Positions 7,187 to 14,857 of a stretch of 15,634 nucleotides of DNA are shown here, one piece after another. Under the pieces are notes generated by a model. It searched no databases. It saw only the letters and a list, made by a program, of their open reading frames with translations, and had not been told where the DNA came from. The DNA comes from Candidatus Hodarchaeota archaeon (GTDB lineage Archaea; Asgardarchaeota; Heimdallarchaeia; Hodarchaeales; Hodarchaeaceae): assembly GCA_016840035.1 (NCBI GenBank), contig JAEOTC010000251.1:1-15634 (forward strand). Direction: 5' to 3'. Both the position numbers and the translations under genes were made by a program. Numbering within the stretch: the first letter of the stretch is position 1; each line of letters begins with the position of its first letter.

Positions 7187-9316
7187 ATGACCACAATCAA
7201 AGTTATTGGTTTTGCAGGAACAGGAAAGACTTCTTATCTAGTGAATCGTGTTGATAAATTATTTGACAAAGGAGTTCAACCGTATGAGATTGGGTTTTAT
7301 ACTTTTACAAGAGCTGCAGCTAAGGAAGCGATTGATAGAGCGCTCTCCAAGTCTCCCCGGTTTCAAAGGCAGGATTTTGCTCATTTCAGGACGATTCATT
7401 CCGAAGCTGCACGGTTACTGGAATTGCGGGAGGAGGAAGTGTTTGTAACTGATGAGCGATTGAGAGAGTTCTGTAAGAGCATTGGTTACCGTTACCAGAG
7501 CAAGGTTGATCCAGATAATCCCTATGACTGGATAACCAGTCGTTATGAGTCCCCTCAAGTATTTTGGGGGATAAGATCTTTTGGGGTTCATAACCGATAT
7601 ACAGCTAGCGAAGCTTGGGGGCATTATCCAAACCTTCGTTATGTTAAAAGCCCGCGTATTTCAGAATACAAAGCCTTTTTAGATAAATATTCAGAGTATA
7701 AAAACAATAATGGCTTGTTTGACTATGATGACCTCCTAATTAACGTTCTTCAAGAGAAGAAGCGTCCTAATATTAAATATTTGATTGTTGATGAATTTCA
7801 AGACTTAAGCCCCCTGTTATATCAAATCTTTCTTCAATGGGAGGAATCAATGGAGGAAGTTATTATTGCTGGTGACCCCTATCAGGCAATTTACACGTTC
7901 ATGGGGGCGGAACCACGTTTTTTGCAAGATCATCCCTCTGATAAACGAGTCGTTCTTCCCCAAAGTCATAGACTCCCATCGAACATTTTGACTTTCGCAC
8001 AAAAATTCATCAATGATCCTGACTTTCAGACAGTAACTCCTACTCAACAAAAGGGGAAAGTAAAGAAGGAGTTTGGTAAGTCATTCGATTTAGGGGGTCA
8101 ATTGAGACAAGAAAACGGTTCAGTTTTTTTATTAACTCGAACCAACTATCATCTTAGACAATTAATGGAGGAATTGATTGCTGAGGGGATCCCTTTTTCA
8201 ACATACCGAGGTTACTCTCTGTGGGATCGGAAAACCTGTGTCCTTCACAATGCGCTACTTAATTTTTCTACCAATAAGCCTCTCTCTCTTTATGAAACAA
8301 AAGTACTTCTTGCTCATTTCCCTGTGAAAGGCTTTCTCGTTCATGGGGCTAAAGCCAAAATAAACAAGGCTATCAAAGAGAAGGCTTCCTGTGATCTTTG
8401 TTTCCCTGACTCACAAGAGGTTGATCCTGAGAAATTAAAAAAGGTCTTTTTACAAAACCCCACTTTCTCTCATCTAATCCATTCTTTAAAACTTGGTAAA
8501 TGGCATAAAACCGCTCTAAAAGAAAAAATAGACCGTTCTCGAGAGCGCATTGATTATCAGCAATTACTGATCAAGGTAGGTACGATCCACTCTGTCAAGG
8601 GTCGTGAAGCTGATACAGTCTTCTTATTCACTGATATAACCAAGCGAATCCGTCTCTGGGCGGATGTTAAAGAAGAACAGCGGATTTGGTTCGTAGGAAT
8701 GACTCGTGTGCGTCAAAAACTAGTAATAGTAGAGAATCGCTTTAATAAAAAAACTCGTAATAATTATCATATTCCAGTTCCCCCTCAGAAACCCTCTGAT
8801 TCCTCTGAGACTAGCCCAGAAGAGGTTAAGCCTCTAAAATTACCAACGATAAGTGAAATCCCCATAACCCCCGATTTTTGGAAAGACCACATTCTTAAAG
8901 TGGTTGAGGATAGTGAGAAGGGTATCAACAGAGAGGATTTGAGGGAAAAAATAAGGAAGTCAATAGGATTAGGTATTGGTTATTATAATCGTCTAGATAA
9001 ACTGATTGATGAATTACTCCAAGAGGGAATCCTCTTTGAACCTCCAACTGGATATATTCAACTATCTCCCGAATCTGACTTAGATTCCGAAACATTTGAT
9101 TATGACTCGCTTCCCGTACCAGAAGGATTCTTACATTGGATTGGTCGTCGTTCTACAAGACTTGGTGAGCCTGTATCTGTTGTATCCGCCCACTTATGGC
9201 TAGCAAAAAAATATCAATTATCCGATAATGATGTGGAGACAGTAATCAATGAATGCCTACGACAAGGACTAATTTTTGAACCACGTTTGAATCAATTACT
9301 TCCTGTGGGAGAGTAA
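7187..9316 (+). CDS. UvrD/Rep-family SF1 DNA helicase with two C-terminal winged-helix domains
   Basis: Motifs GFAGTGKTS, FTRAAAKEA, FRTIHS, DYDDLL, VDEFQD, AGDPYQAIYTFMGA, QSHRLP, TIHSVKGREAD and EEQRIWFVGMTR. GGAGG RBS upstream. The tail repeats are LLQEGILFEP and CLRQGLIFEP. Confidence 0.95.
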   Translation: MTTIKVIGFAGTGKTSYLVNRVDKLFDKGVQPYEIGFYTFTRAAAKEAIDRALSKSPRFQRQDFAHFRTIHSEAARLLELREEEVFVTDERLREFCKSIGYRYQSKVDPDNPYDWITSRYESPQVFWGIRSFGVHNRYTASEAWGHYPNLRYVKSPRISEYKAFLDKYSEYKNNNGLFDYDDLLINVLQEKKRPNIKYLIVDEFQDLSPLLYQIFLQWEESMEEVIIAGDPYQAIYTFMGAEPRFLQDHPSDKRVVLPQSHRLPSNILTFAQKFINDPDFQTVTPTQQKGKVKKEFGKSFDLGGQLRQENGSVFLLTRTNYHLRQLMEELIAEGIPFSTYRGYSLWDRKTCVLHNALLNFSTNKPLSLYETKVLLAHFPVKGFLVHGAKAKINKAIKEKASCDLCFPDSQEVDPEKLKKVFLQNPTFSHLIHSLKLGKWHKTALKEKIDRSRERIDYQQLLIKVGTIHSVKGREADTVFLFTDITKRIRLWADVKEEQRIWFVGMTRVRQKLVIVENRFNKKTRNNYHIPVPPQKPSDSSETSPEEVKPLKLPTISEIPITPDFWKDHILKVVEDSEKGINREDLREKIRKSIGLGIGYYNRLDKLIDELLQEGILFEPPTGYIQLSPESDLDSETFDYDSLPVPEGFLHWIGRRSTRLGEPVSVVSAHLWLAKKYQLSDNDVETVINECLRQGLIFEPRLNQLLPVGE

Positions 9317-9337
9317 TGAAAGGAGGAGCTTAGAAAA

Positions 9338-9600
9338 ATGAGAATGATTAAGGAGACCCATGAATTAAAATCATTAATTAAAGAAAAGATAAGAACAAAA
9401 AAGAATCAGAAACAGAAGAAATAATAAACCCACAAGATGAAAGACGACTAGAGATAATAAATGAAAAAGAGAAAAAAATAAGGAAAATACAAACAGAATC
9501 ATGGAAAGTAGGAGACACACCAAAAGAACAAGAACCATTCAAGAAAAAGATAATAGCACTCAAAAACGAAATAGAAGAAATAGAAAAACTTCAACGATGA
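9338..9600 (+). pseudogene. Frameshifted (or -1 recoded) small Lys/Glu-rich protein
   Basis: AGGAGG RBS and ATG 9338 give a 28-aa ORF (stop at 9424). It overlaps a start-less open -1 frame 9382-9600 (ESETEEIINPQDERRLEII...LKNEIEEIEKLQR). Confidence 0.45.
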
Positions 9601-10093
9601 AGTATTAAACGAATTAAAGGGATTAGGTCATTCAGATTTTAAAAATGACTTGGAGAGTAATTACTTACGTAATTATCACACAACGGACAGGTAAGCACTG
9701 GTTCAGCTGATTGAAATCGTTTTGTGATATTTGAGGCCAATGTGGCTAAATTTAAATCTGTGCGGGATTCTAAATTCTTTGTTAAAACTGTGGTAGATTT
9801 TCTTCAATTTATCATTAGTAATCAGCACTTCAGGATGAAAGACCATTATCTAGTGAATAAATAAGGGATAAAATACAATTTCTTGATGCGTTTGATAAGA
9901 GATTTAAATGCTCATTAGTGAAATCCGTCATTAATCTCCGTTCGTGCTCAGATCAATCTTCCTTTCTTAAAGGAATAAAAAGAATATTTGATCTTTGACT
10001 CTGTCAAAAAACTTAATATCCACTAACTCGGAGAGAAAATTGAATATTATAAACTAAAGAAGAGAAATTTAGTATAAAAATGAAGTGAATTAG

Positions 10094-10678
10094 ATGCAAG
10101 AGCTTTATTCTGCATTAAATGAGGAAGAAAGAGTTATCCTATTCGCTTTAGGGGCAGCAAATAATTCCCCAATAAACACTAAAACTAAGCTTCAGAAGCT
10201 CATTTTCTTAATCTCAAATGTGTTTCCAGATTATAAAGAGCTAATTGACTTTGAACCACATCATTTTGGGCCATATAGTGAGGATATAGTCGTAATTGTT
10301 GAGGATTTAATTCAGCTCGGACTAGTGGAAAGTAAAGGGAACCAATTTTTTCTAACTGAGAGAGGTGTAGATATATTTTCACAAATAAGACCCGCAGAAA
10401 GATTAATGCGGGTAATTGAGGATTTTAAAGAATTTCTAGACGATTTAACCAATGATGAAATTTTAACTTTCGTCTATGTTACCTATCCAGAATATATCGA
10501 AGAGTCAAAAAGATGGGATCAGTTACAAGGAAAGAGGGTAAATATAGCAATATCGTTATTGAAAAAACAGAAGATTAGCTTTGATAAAGCCGTAGAAATC
10601 GCAGGAAAATCCGCGAAAGACTTTGGAGCCATTTTAATTCAGAGGAAAATTAAGTGGAGACGAGAACCAACACCGTAA
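10094..10678 (+). CDS. Antitoxin-like protein: Panacea/SocA(YwgA)-like wHTH fused to a UPF0175-like HTH
   Basis: The N-terminal signature is TKLQKLIFL...FEPHHFGPYSEDI. The C-terminal AISLLKKQKISFDKAVEIAGKSAKDFGAILIQRKI matches the UPF0175 pattern. Confidence 0.75.
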   Translation: MQELYSALNEEERVILFALGAANNSPINTKTKLQKLIFLISNVFPDYKELIDFEPHHFGPYSEDIVVIVEDLIQLGLVESKGNQFFLTERGVDIFSQIRPAERLMRVIEDFKEFLDDLTNDEILTFVYVTYPEYIEESKRWDQLQGKRVNIAISLLKKQKISFDKAVEIAGKSAKDFGAILIQRKIKWRREPTP

Positions 10679-11238
10679 AGATTCTTGATAACACAGTCAT
10701 TTCCGCAAGTTTGAGAGAAATAGTGTCTATTAATCTACTCGAACGCTGTTCTCAAAGGTATGACATCGTCACTTCTCAAGAGGTTTATGAAGAAGCGAAA
10801 AGGGGATTTACAGACAAAACTCTTGTTGTTTTAAAGAAAATAGTAATGGTTGAAAATTTAAAGCTTCAAAAAGATTATAGCAATTTAATTGGATATTTAG
10901 AGGCTAGATATCCTTATCTTCATACAGGAGAACTATCATCTTTTCTTTTAGCTTTATTAAAATATGAATTAAATCAGTTAGCGTATTTCTATATTACTGA
11001 TGATAATCGGGCAAAAAAGGTGATCAGAGAAATCCATGAAGATAGTCTCTTTATTGAGCAATTAGGAATGCAATTCAGTAAAATTAATATTACAGGAACT
11101 ATTGGTTTAATACAAAGACTTAAAGAACATTGGTTGATAAAAGAAAGTGAAATTGAATCGATTATTCTTGATCTAGAAAAGAGTACATTTTATATTAATA
11201 GCGAAATAATTGTGCTACTAAGAGGTGATAGACCTTGA
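10654..11238 (+). CDS. PIN-domain ribonuclease (DUF3368/VapC-like)
   Basis: ILDNTVI, VYEE, LHTGELSS, ITDDNRAKK and ITGTIGLI supply the acidic PIN tetrad. The gene overlaps the antitoxin-like gene. Confidence 0.85.
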   Translation: METRTNTVKILDNTVISASLREIVSINLLERCSQRYDIVTSQEVYEEAKRGFTDKTLVVLKKIVMVENLKLQKDYSNLIGYLEARYPYLHTGELSSFLLALLKYELNQLAYFYITDDNRAKKVIREIHEDSLFIEQLGMQFSKINITGTIGLIQRLKEHWLIKESEIESIILDLEKSTFYINSEIIVLLRGDRP

Positions 11239-12263
11239 AACTTGATGTAAAATTAGAGGGAATTGATGATGAGCTGTTATATAAGAGAGTTTCACTTAAA
11301 TTAGGAAAAAAGAAGGTCATAACACCCACAAGAACCAATCCATCGACCGTAGTTAATTCAATTAATGAAGTTTACAATAGCTTTAAGACAACAACTATAG
11401 ATAATTGCTTAAATGATAATAAACGCGAAGCTCGTAAGAATAATGAAGTCAAGCGTAAATTAACAAGTGGTTTAAATTTTTATATAATCAGCTATACAAG
11501 CCCTGAAATTCCTAATGACAAACAAATAGAATTTCTTGCAGATATCCAGTATGGACATAGTGATGTAGTAATTACACCAACTTGGTCTCAAATTGTCAGA
11601 GATTCTAAGGATAGTCAGAAACTATTAGCTGAATATCGTAAATTGACTAACACTTTCTTAGATGTTGTTGAAACTCTCAATAATAAATCTATTATTGGCA
11701 TGATTTCCGCTAAACTTCCTAGAATTATACTAAAACCAGTAATAGATAATTATGTTAAAAGAAATATTACTTCATTTGTATTAGATTTCGATGGAAGATC
11801 AATTGATTCAGGAATGAGTTGGATAAGAAATTTAATGAGAATAGTGAAACAAGACACCGGTTTCGAGGAATCTTTTCTATATTCACTTAATCCTAGTCGC
11901 GGTAGGTTCACTAAAACTGCGAAACAAATCCTTGCTAAGGATTTTATCAATACAGCATTTGGTATGGATGTCGTTGGTTTATACCATATACCTTTAAGAG
12001 TCCATTTACCAAAAATGGACATACCTCCTAGAATTTTCATAAAAGAAAGCTATGGGTATGAAAGGATTCCTTCTAAACAATTAACCCAGAGAGGGATTAC
12101 TAATACCAAAGAATATAATCGAAATGAGCAATACAATGAGAAATTAACACTACAAACAAAACTAAAAGAAGAATCAACTATCGTAGACTATATTCAATCA
12201 AAATCCCAAGTAGATGAAAAGATAATTACTAAGATTAAAAAAGTTAAATCTGAAACAACATAA
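11235..12263 (+). CDS. Divergent tRNA-guanine transglycosylase (TGT)-like TIM-barrel protein, probably non-canonical
   Basis: TTGA overlap with the PIN stop and a GAGGTGA RBS. TGT-like landmarks appear in order: RVSLKLGKKKVITP, IQYGHSDVV, FGMDVVG and a C-terminal YN...E...L...L...DY helix. The Zn-binding Cys cluster is absent. Confidence 0.5.
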   Translation: MKLDVKLEGIDDELLYKRVSLKLGKKKVITPTRTNPSTVVNSINEVYNSFKTTTIDNCLNDNKREARKNNEVKRKLTSGLNFYIISYTSPEIPNDKQIEFLADIQYGHSDVVITPTWSQIVRDSKDSQKLLAEYRKLTNTFLDVVETLNNKSIIGMISAKLPRIILKPVIDNYVKRNITSFVLDFDGRSIDSGMSWIRNLMRIVKQDTGFEESFLYSLNPSRGRFTKTAKQILAKDFINTAFGMDVVGLYHIPLRVHLPKMDIPPRIFIKESYGYERIPSKQLTQRGITNTKEYNRNEQYNEKLTLQTKLKEESTIVDYIQSKSQVDEKIITKIKKVKSETT

Positions 12264-12660
12264 TTCACTGCTGAACATTTAATAGAGAGACGTATGGTCT
12301 ATTAAAAATTTTCTACATAATTCATACTGTTATACGATTAGTGAATTTGTGTATTAATTTCTTTTATTTCACTGAATTTAGCAGTTGATTAATTTTTGTT
12401 TGTTGAGAAAGACTTGAAAATAGCTCAATTTAAGGGAGAAATAATACCTACGATAATAGATTAACGACCTTGAGTGTGCAACCCTTAGATTTTTCATATT
12501 GTCCTTTCTAGCAATACGGTTCTTTTTCCAATTTTTAATTCTCTATCTCTTTGATCTTGAACCTTACTATTTTATGCCTCTCATACTGATCTTTCCTTAC
12601 TATCCATTTCTTCAGGAGCTGATTCATTGGTTGATGATTTATTGAAGTAATCGCATGAAA

Positions 12661-12688
12661 ACGTTACATGAATCAAATTATGTAATGT
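12661..12688. other. dif-like 11-6-11 tyrosine recombinase site
   Basis: ACGTTACATGA-ATCAAA-TTATGTAATGT. The arms are 9/11 inverted, and the right arm begins TTATGT like XerD-type arms. Confidence 0.4.
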
Positions 12689-13132
12689 AATATTGCCCTG
12701 AGAAATATTATGTAACGGAAATAAGTCTCTCAACTCACTATTTCTCTGTTCTATTAATTTCCACTCTAAGAAAACTAAATTTAGCCAATCCTCTAATAGA
12801 GGAGTTTATTCAAGCAAAAAAATCAGAGAAACGACCTAGTAATTAGAAATAGCAAAATATTTCCCTTAATGAGCCTTTCCTCCCCTTCAATACACTCGTG
12901 AATGAATAGTCATGTTCTGAGACTCGTTATGAGTCTCCTCACGCATGTAAAATACTCACGGATTCTTGCGGGCTAGAATAGCCCATAAATTAATTTTACC
13001 GTTATTTCCGTTTAATTTTCAAAAATAATCTCATTGAGTGAATCATACATTCTCATTTTTTCTTAAAGCGAGGGGGGTAGTTGGGGGGGTTTTATTTTCT
13101 CAAAGAATCAAGATTTGGAGGTTGATAGACAG

Positions 13133-13288
13133 ATGACTAAGAGATCCCCTATGTTTACATCAGAAAAGAATTTAGCTGTTGTGGATGTGAAAATCAAGCC
13201 TCTCAGTCTAGACCTTAAAGCTAGTGATATGAGTTTAAAGGTTAGTAAGAGAGGTGTAATTTTGCTTCTCAACCTTCGAGAGAGTTAG
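13133..13288 (+). CDS. Possible small protein, 51 aa
   Basis: MTKRSPMFTSEKNLAVVDVKIKPLSLDLKASDMSLKVSKRGVILLLNLRES, preceded by GGAGGT at 13117-13122. No other support. Confidence 0.3.
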   Translation: MTKRSPMFTSEKNLAVVDVKIKPLSLDLKASDMSLKVSKRGVILLLNLRES

Positions 13289-13524
13289 GATGCTCGTGAA
13301 ACATCCAATTTTTCACTTATCATGAGCTAAAAAAGTAAACCTGTCTTTTACAGTGAACTTTTTACGTAGAAAGAGTTGATTAATCACGTTATTTTGGATT
13401 ATACTTAATGAGAGGATGCTCAATGCAAAACAAGGAAAATTAACATCCTTATGGAGAGGAATGCAACATAAACCCCCTTAAAATCAAATCCAATTAACTT
13501 CCTTCAGTTTATCTAATCTTGTTG

Positions 13525-13567
13525 TGCATGAGTGTGCACACTAAGAAATAGCTGTTTTAATAAAGCT
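13525..13567 (+). repeat. Partial copy of the 70-bp unit (core plus Y arm)
   Basis: TGCA-tgagtg-TGCA, then cACTAAGAAATAGCTGTTTTAATAAAGCT, which matches 13759-13786 with one indel and two mismatches. Confidence 0.85.
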
Positions 13568-13671
13568 TATTACTAGGATGTTTGTTACTCATAATGTTGC
13601 CATAAAAGTTACAATATATATCGACATACAATATTTTTACTGACCTGACCTCACTTTTTTGCTTTCTTTTA

Positions 13672-13758
13672 TCCTGCAATGCCCTGCAAACCAGCTTCTC
13701 ATTAAGCTTATAGGGGAAAACCCGAAAGATTTAAAGCTTCATCCTGCAGTACCCTGCA
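13672..13758 (+). repeat. Right 87-bp direct repeat (att-like)
   Basis: 79/87 identical to 3233-3319, with cores at 13675-13688 and 13745-13758. Confidence 0.95.
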
Positions 13759-13828
13759 TACTAAGAATAGCTGTTCTAATAAAGCTATTAATTAAAACCT
13801 TTCAAGTTTAAGTATGCATAAGTGTGCA
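13745..13828 (+). repeat. Second 70-bp unit (Y), sharing a core with the right repeat
   Basis: A third core, TGCA-taagtg-TGCA at 13815-13828, lies exactly 70 bp after the 13745 core. The arm shares AGCT..TTCT.AT.AAGCT and AAAACC...AAG.TTTAA blocks with the X arm. Confidence 0.75.
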
Positions 13829-13866
13829 TGGTGATTACAAAGGTTGAAACTTCAAAATAAGAGTTT

Positions 13867-13886
13867 AGAAAAAAAAGGGGAAAGAA
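13867..13886 (-). terminator. Oligo-T terminator of the recombinase operon
   Basis: The minus strand reads TTCTTTCCCCTTTTTTTTCT just after the stop, the same C4-T7/8 pattern as at 3997-4007. Confidence 0.5.
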
Positions 13887-13894
13887 TAAACTAT

Positions 13895-14857
13895 TTAGGC
13901 TCTCGCTCTCGCAAAATGGTTACGATAATCGTCGAAGGTTTCTTTTTCAGTGATTCCTAGATAGATCTGAGTAGTCCGAATAGAACCATGACCCATCAAT
14001 CTAGAAATAGTTAAAATGTTGACCCCTTCTCTATAAAGATTTGTAGCAAATGTTCTGCGGAGGTCATGCGAGGTAAACCATTGATTTTCCTTTATTTCTT
14101 CTGTATTTCCATAGATTAACTCGCTCATGTGATTAAAGTATCGCTGGAGGTTTCTGATGTCAAACTTACCCCTGCTAGAAAAGAACACTAATTTATGATT
14201 GGTTTGTTTGTATTCTATCCGAGTTTGAAACCATTTTTCCCATTCCTGAATATGATGGTCAAGAATAGGGATTCTTCGATCTTTTTTCCGCTTTGAACCA
14301 CGAATCTTTAGTAATTTATTTGTTAAATCAACATCCTGTAGCGTAAGATTGATATACTCGCCAGCCCTAAGACCGTAATTTATTCCAACCCAAAATAACA
14401 TCTTAAGGATAGGGTCGTGTAATTTTCTTAAACCTGATTTTATCTCGATGTGAGTTAATGCTCTAGTGGTGTATTCCTCATTTTTAGGTAAGTCAGGATA
14501 GTACTTTTGAATTTTTTTTAGTTTTCTATCTGAAATAATCAATTGCCCGTCAGGACTCGTTTTCTCTTCACTATGTAACCATTCAATCCAAGTCCTTATA
14601 GACCAGTAATTGACCTTAATGGTATTGGAGGAACATGGTTTAGGTCGTCTGTCCATCATTTCTTGCACAAATCTGGCGAGGTCTGTGGCTTGAATGTCGG
14701 GAAGCGTCTTTCCGTGCTTCTCCATCTTTTCTAAAAACTTTTGTACGTTGTACCCGTAATTTCTTAACGTTTTATGACTTTTTTGAGAAGTTACTAACGG
14801 GTCATTCATAAATGCTACAATTAGTGGATTCAATTCCTTTTTTTGTTTAGGACTCAT
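13895..14857 (-). CDS. Tyrosine recombinase/integrase (Xer-like)
   Basis: Complete catalytic set: GLRAGE (R), GSKRKKDR (K), SHDLRR (HxxR), LMGH (H) and TTQIY (Y). N-terminal SAM-like region KTLRNY...SSNTIKV. Confidence 0.96.
   Translation of the reverse strand: MSPKQKKELNPLIVAFMNDPLVTSQKSHKTLRNYGYNVQKFLEKMEKHGKTLPDIQATDLARFVQEMMDRRPKPCSSNTIKVNYWSIRTWIEWLHSEEKTSPDGQLIISDRKLKKIQKYYPDLPKNEEYTTRALTHIEIKSGLRKLHDPILKMLFWVGINYGLRAGEYINLTLQDVDLTNKLLKIRGSKRKKDRRIPILDHHIQEWEKWFQTRIEYKQTNHKLVFFSSRGKFDIRNLQRYFNHMSELIYGNTEEIKENQWFTSHDLRRTFATNLYREGVNILTISRLMGHGSIRTTQIYLGITEKETFDDYRNHFARARA

Larger units (their letters stand above)
3233..13758. mobile_element. Integrated plasmid-like element bounded by 87-bp direct repeats, with no recombinase inside
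   Basis: Terminal direct repeats lie 10,439 bp apart. The interior has a regulator switch, Rep-like gene, origin-like region, helicase and TA-like cargo. No capsid or conjugation genes were recognised. Confidence 0.75.

Noticed and set aside
6996-7190. 64-aa ORF MIARSSSSGTTSTTT...
   Set aside because: The sequence is explained by DNA palindromes and iterons, so it is more likely a non-coding origin, though the ATGA overlap with the helicase means translation cannot be excluded.
6368-12040. Nested ORFs 6368-6589, 7248-7448, 7415-7624, 7847-8050, 9378-9563, 10200-10382 and 11750-12040
   Set aside because: They are alternative-frame or antisense shadows of better-supported genes or of the A-rich tract.
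3587-12263. Provirus
   Set aside because: No capsid, terminase, portal or packaging ATPase genes are recognisable between the repeats.
13525-13828. CRISPR mini-array interpretation of the periodic repeats
   Set aside because: The cores are only 14-17 bp, the intervening 56-bp arms are homologous to each other and repeated elsewhere, and there are no cas genes.
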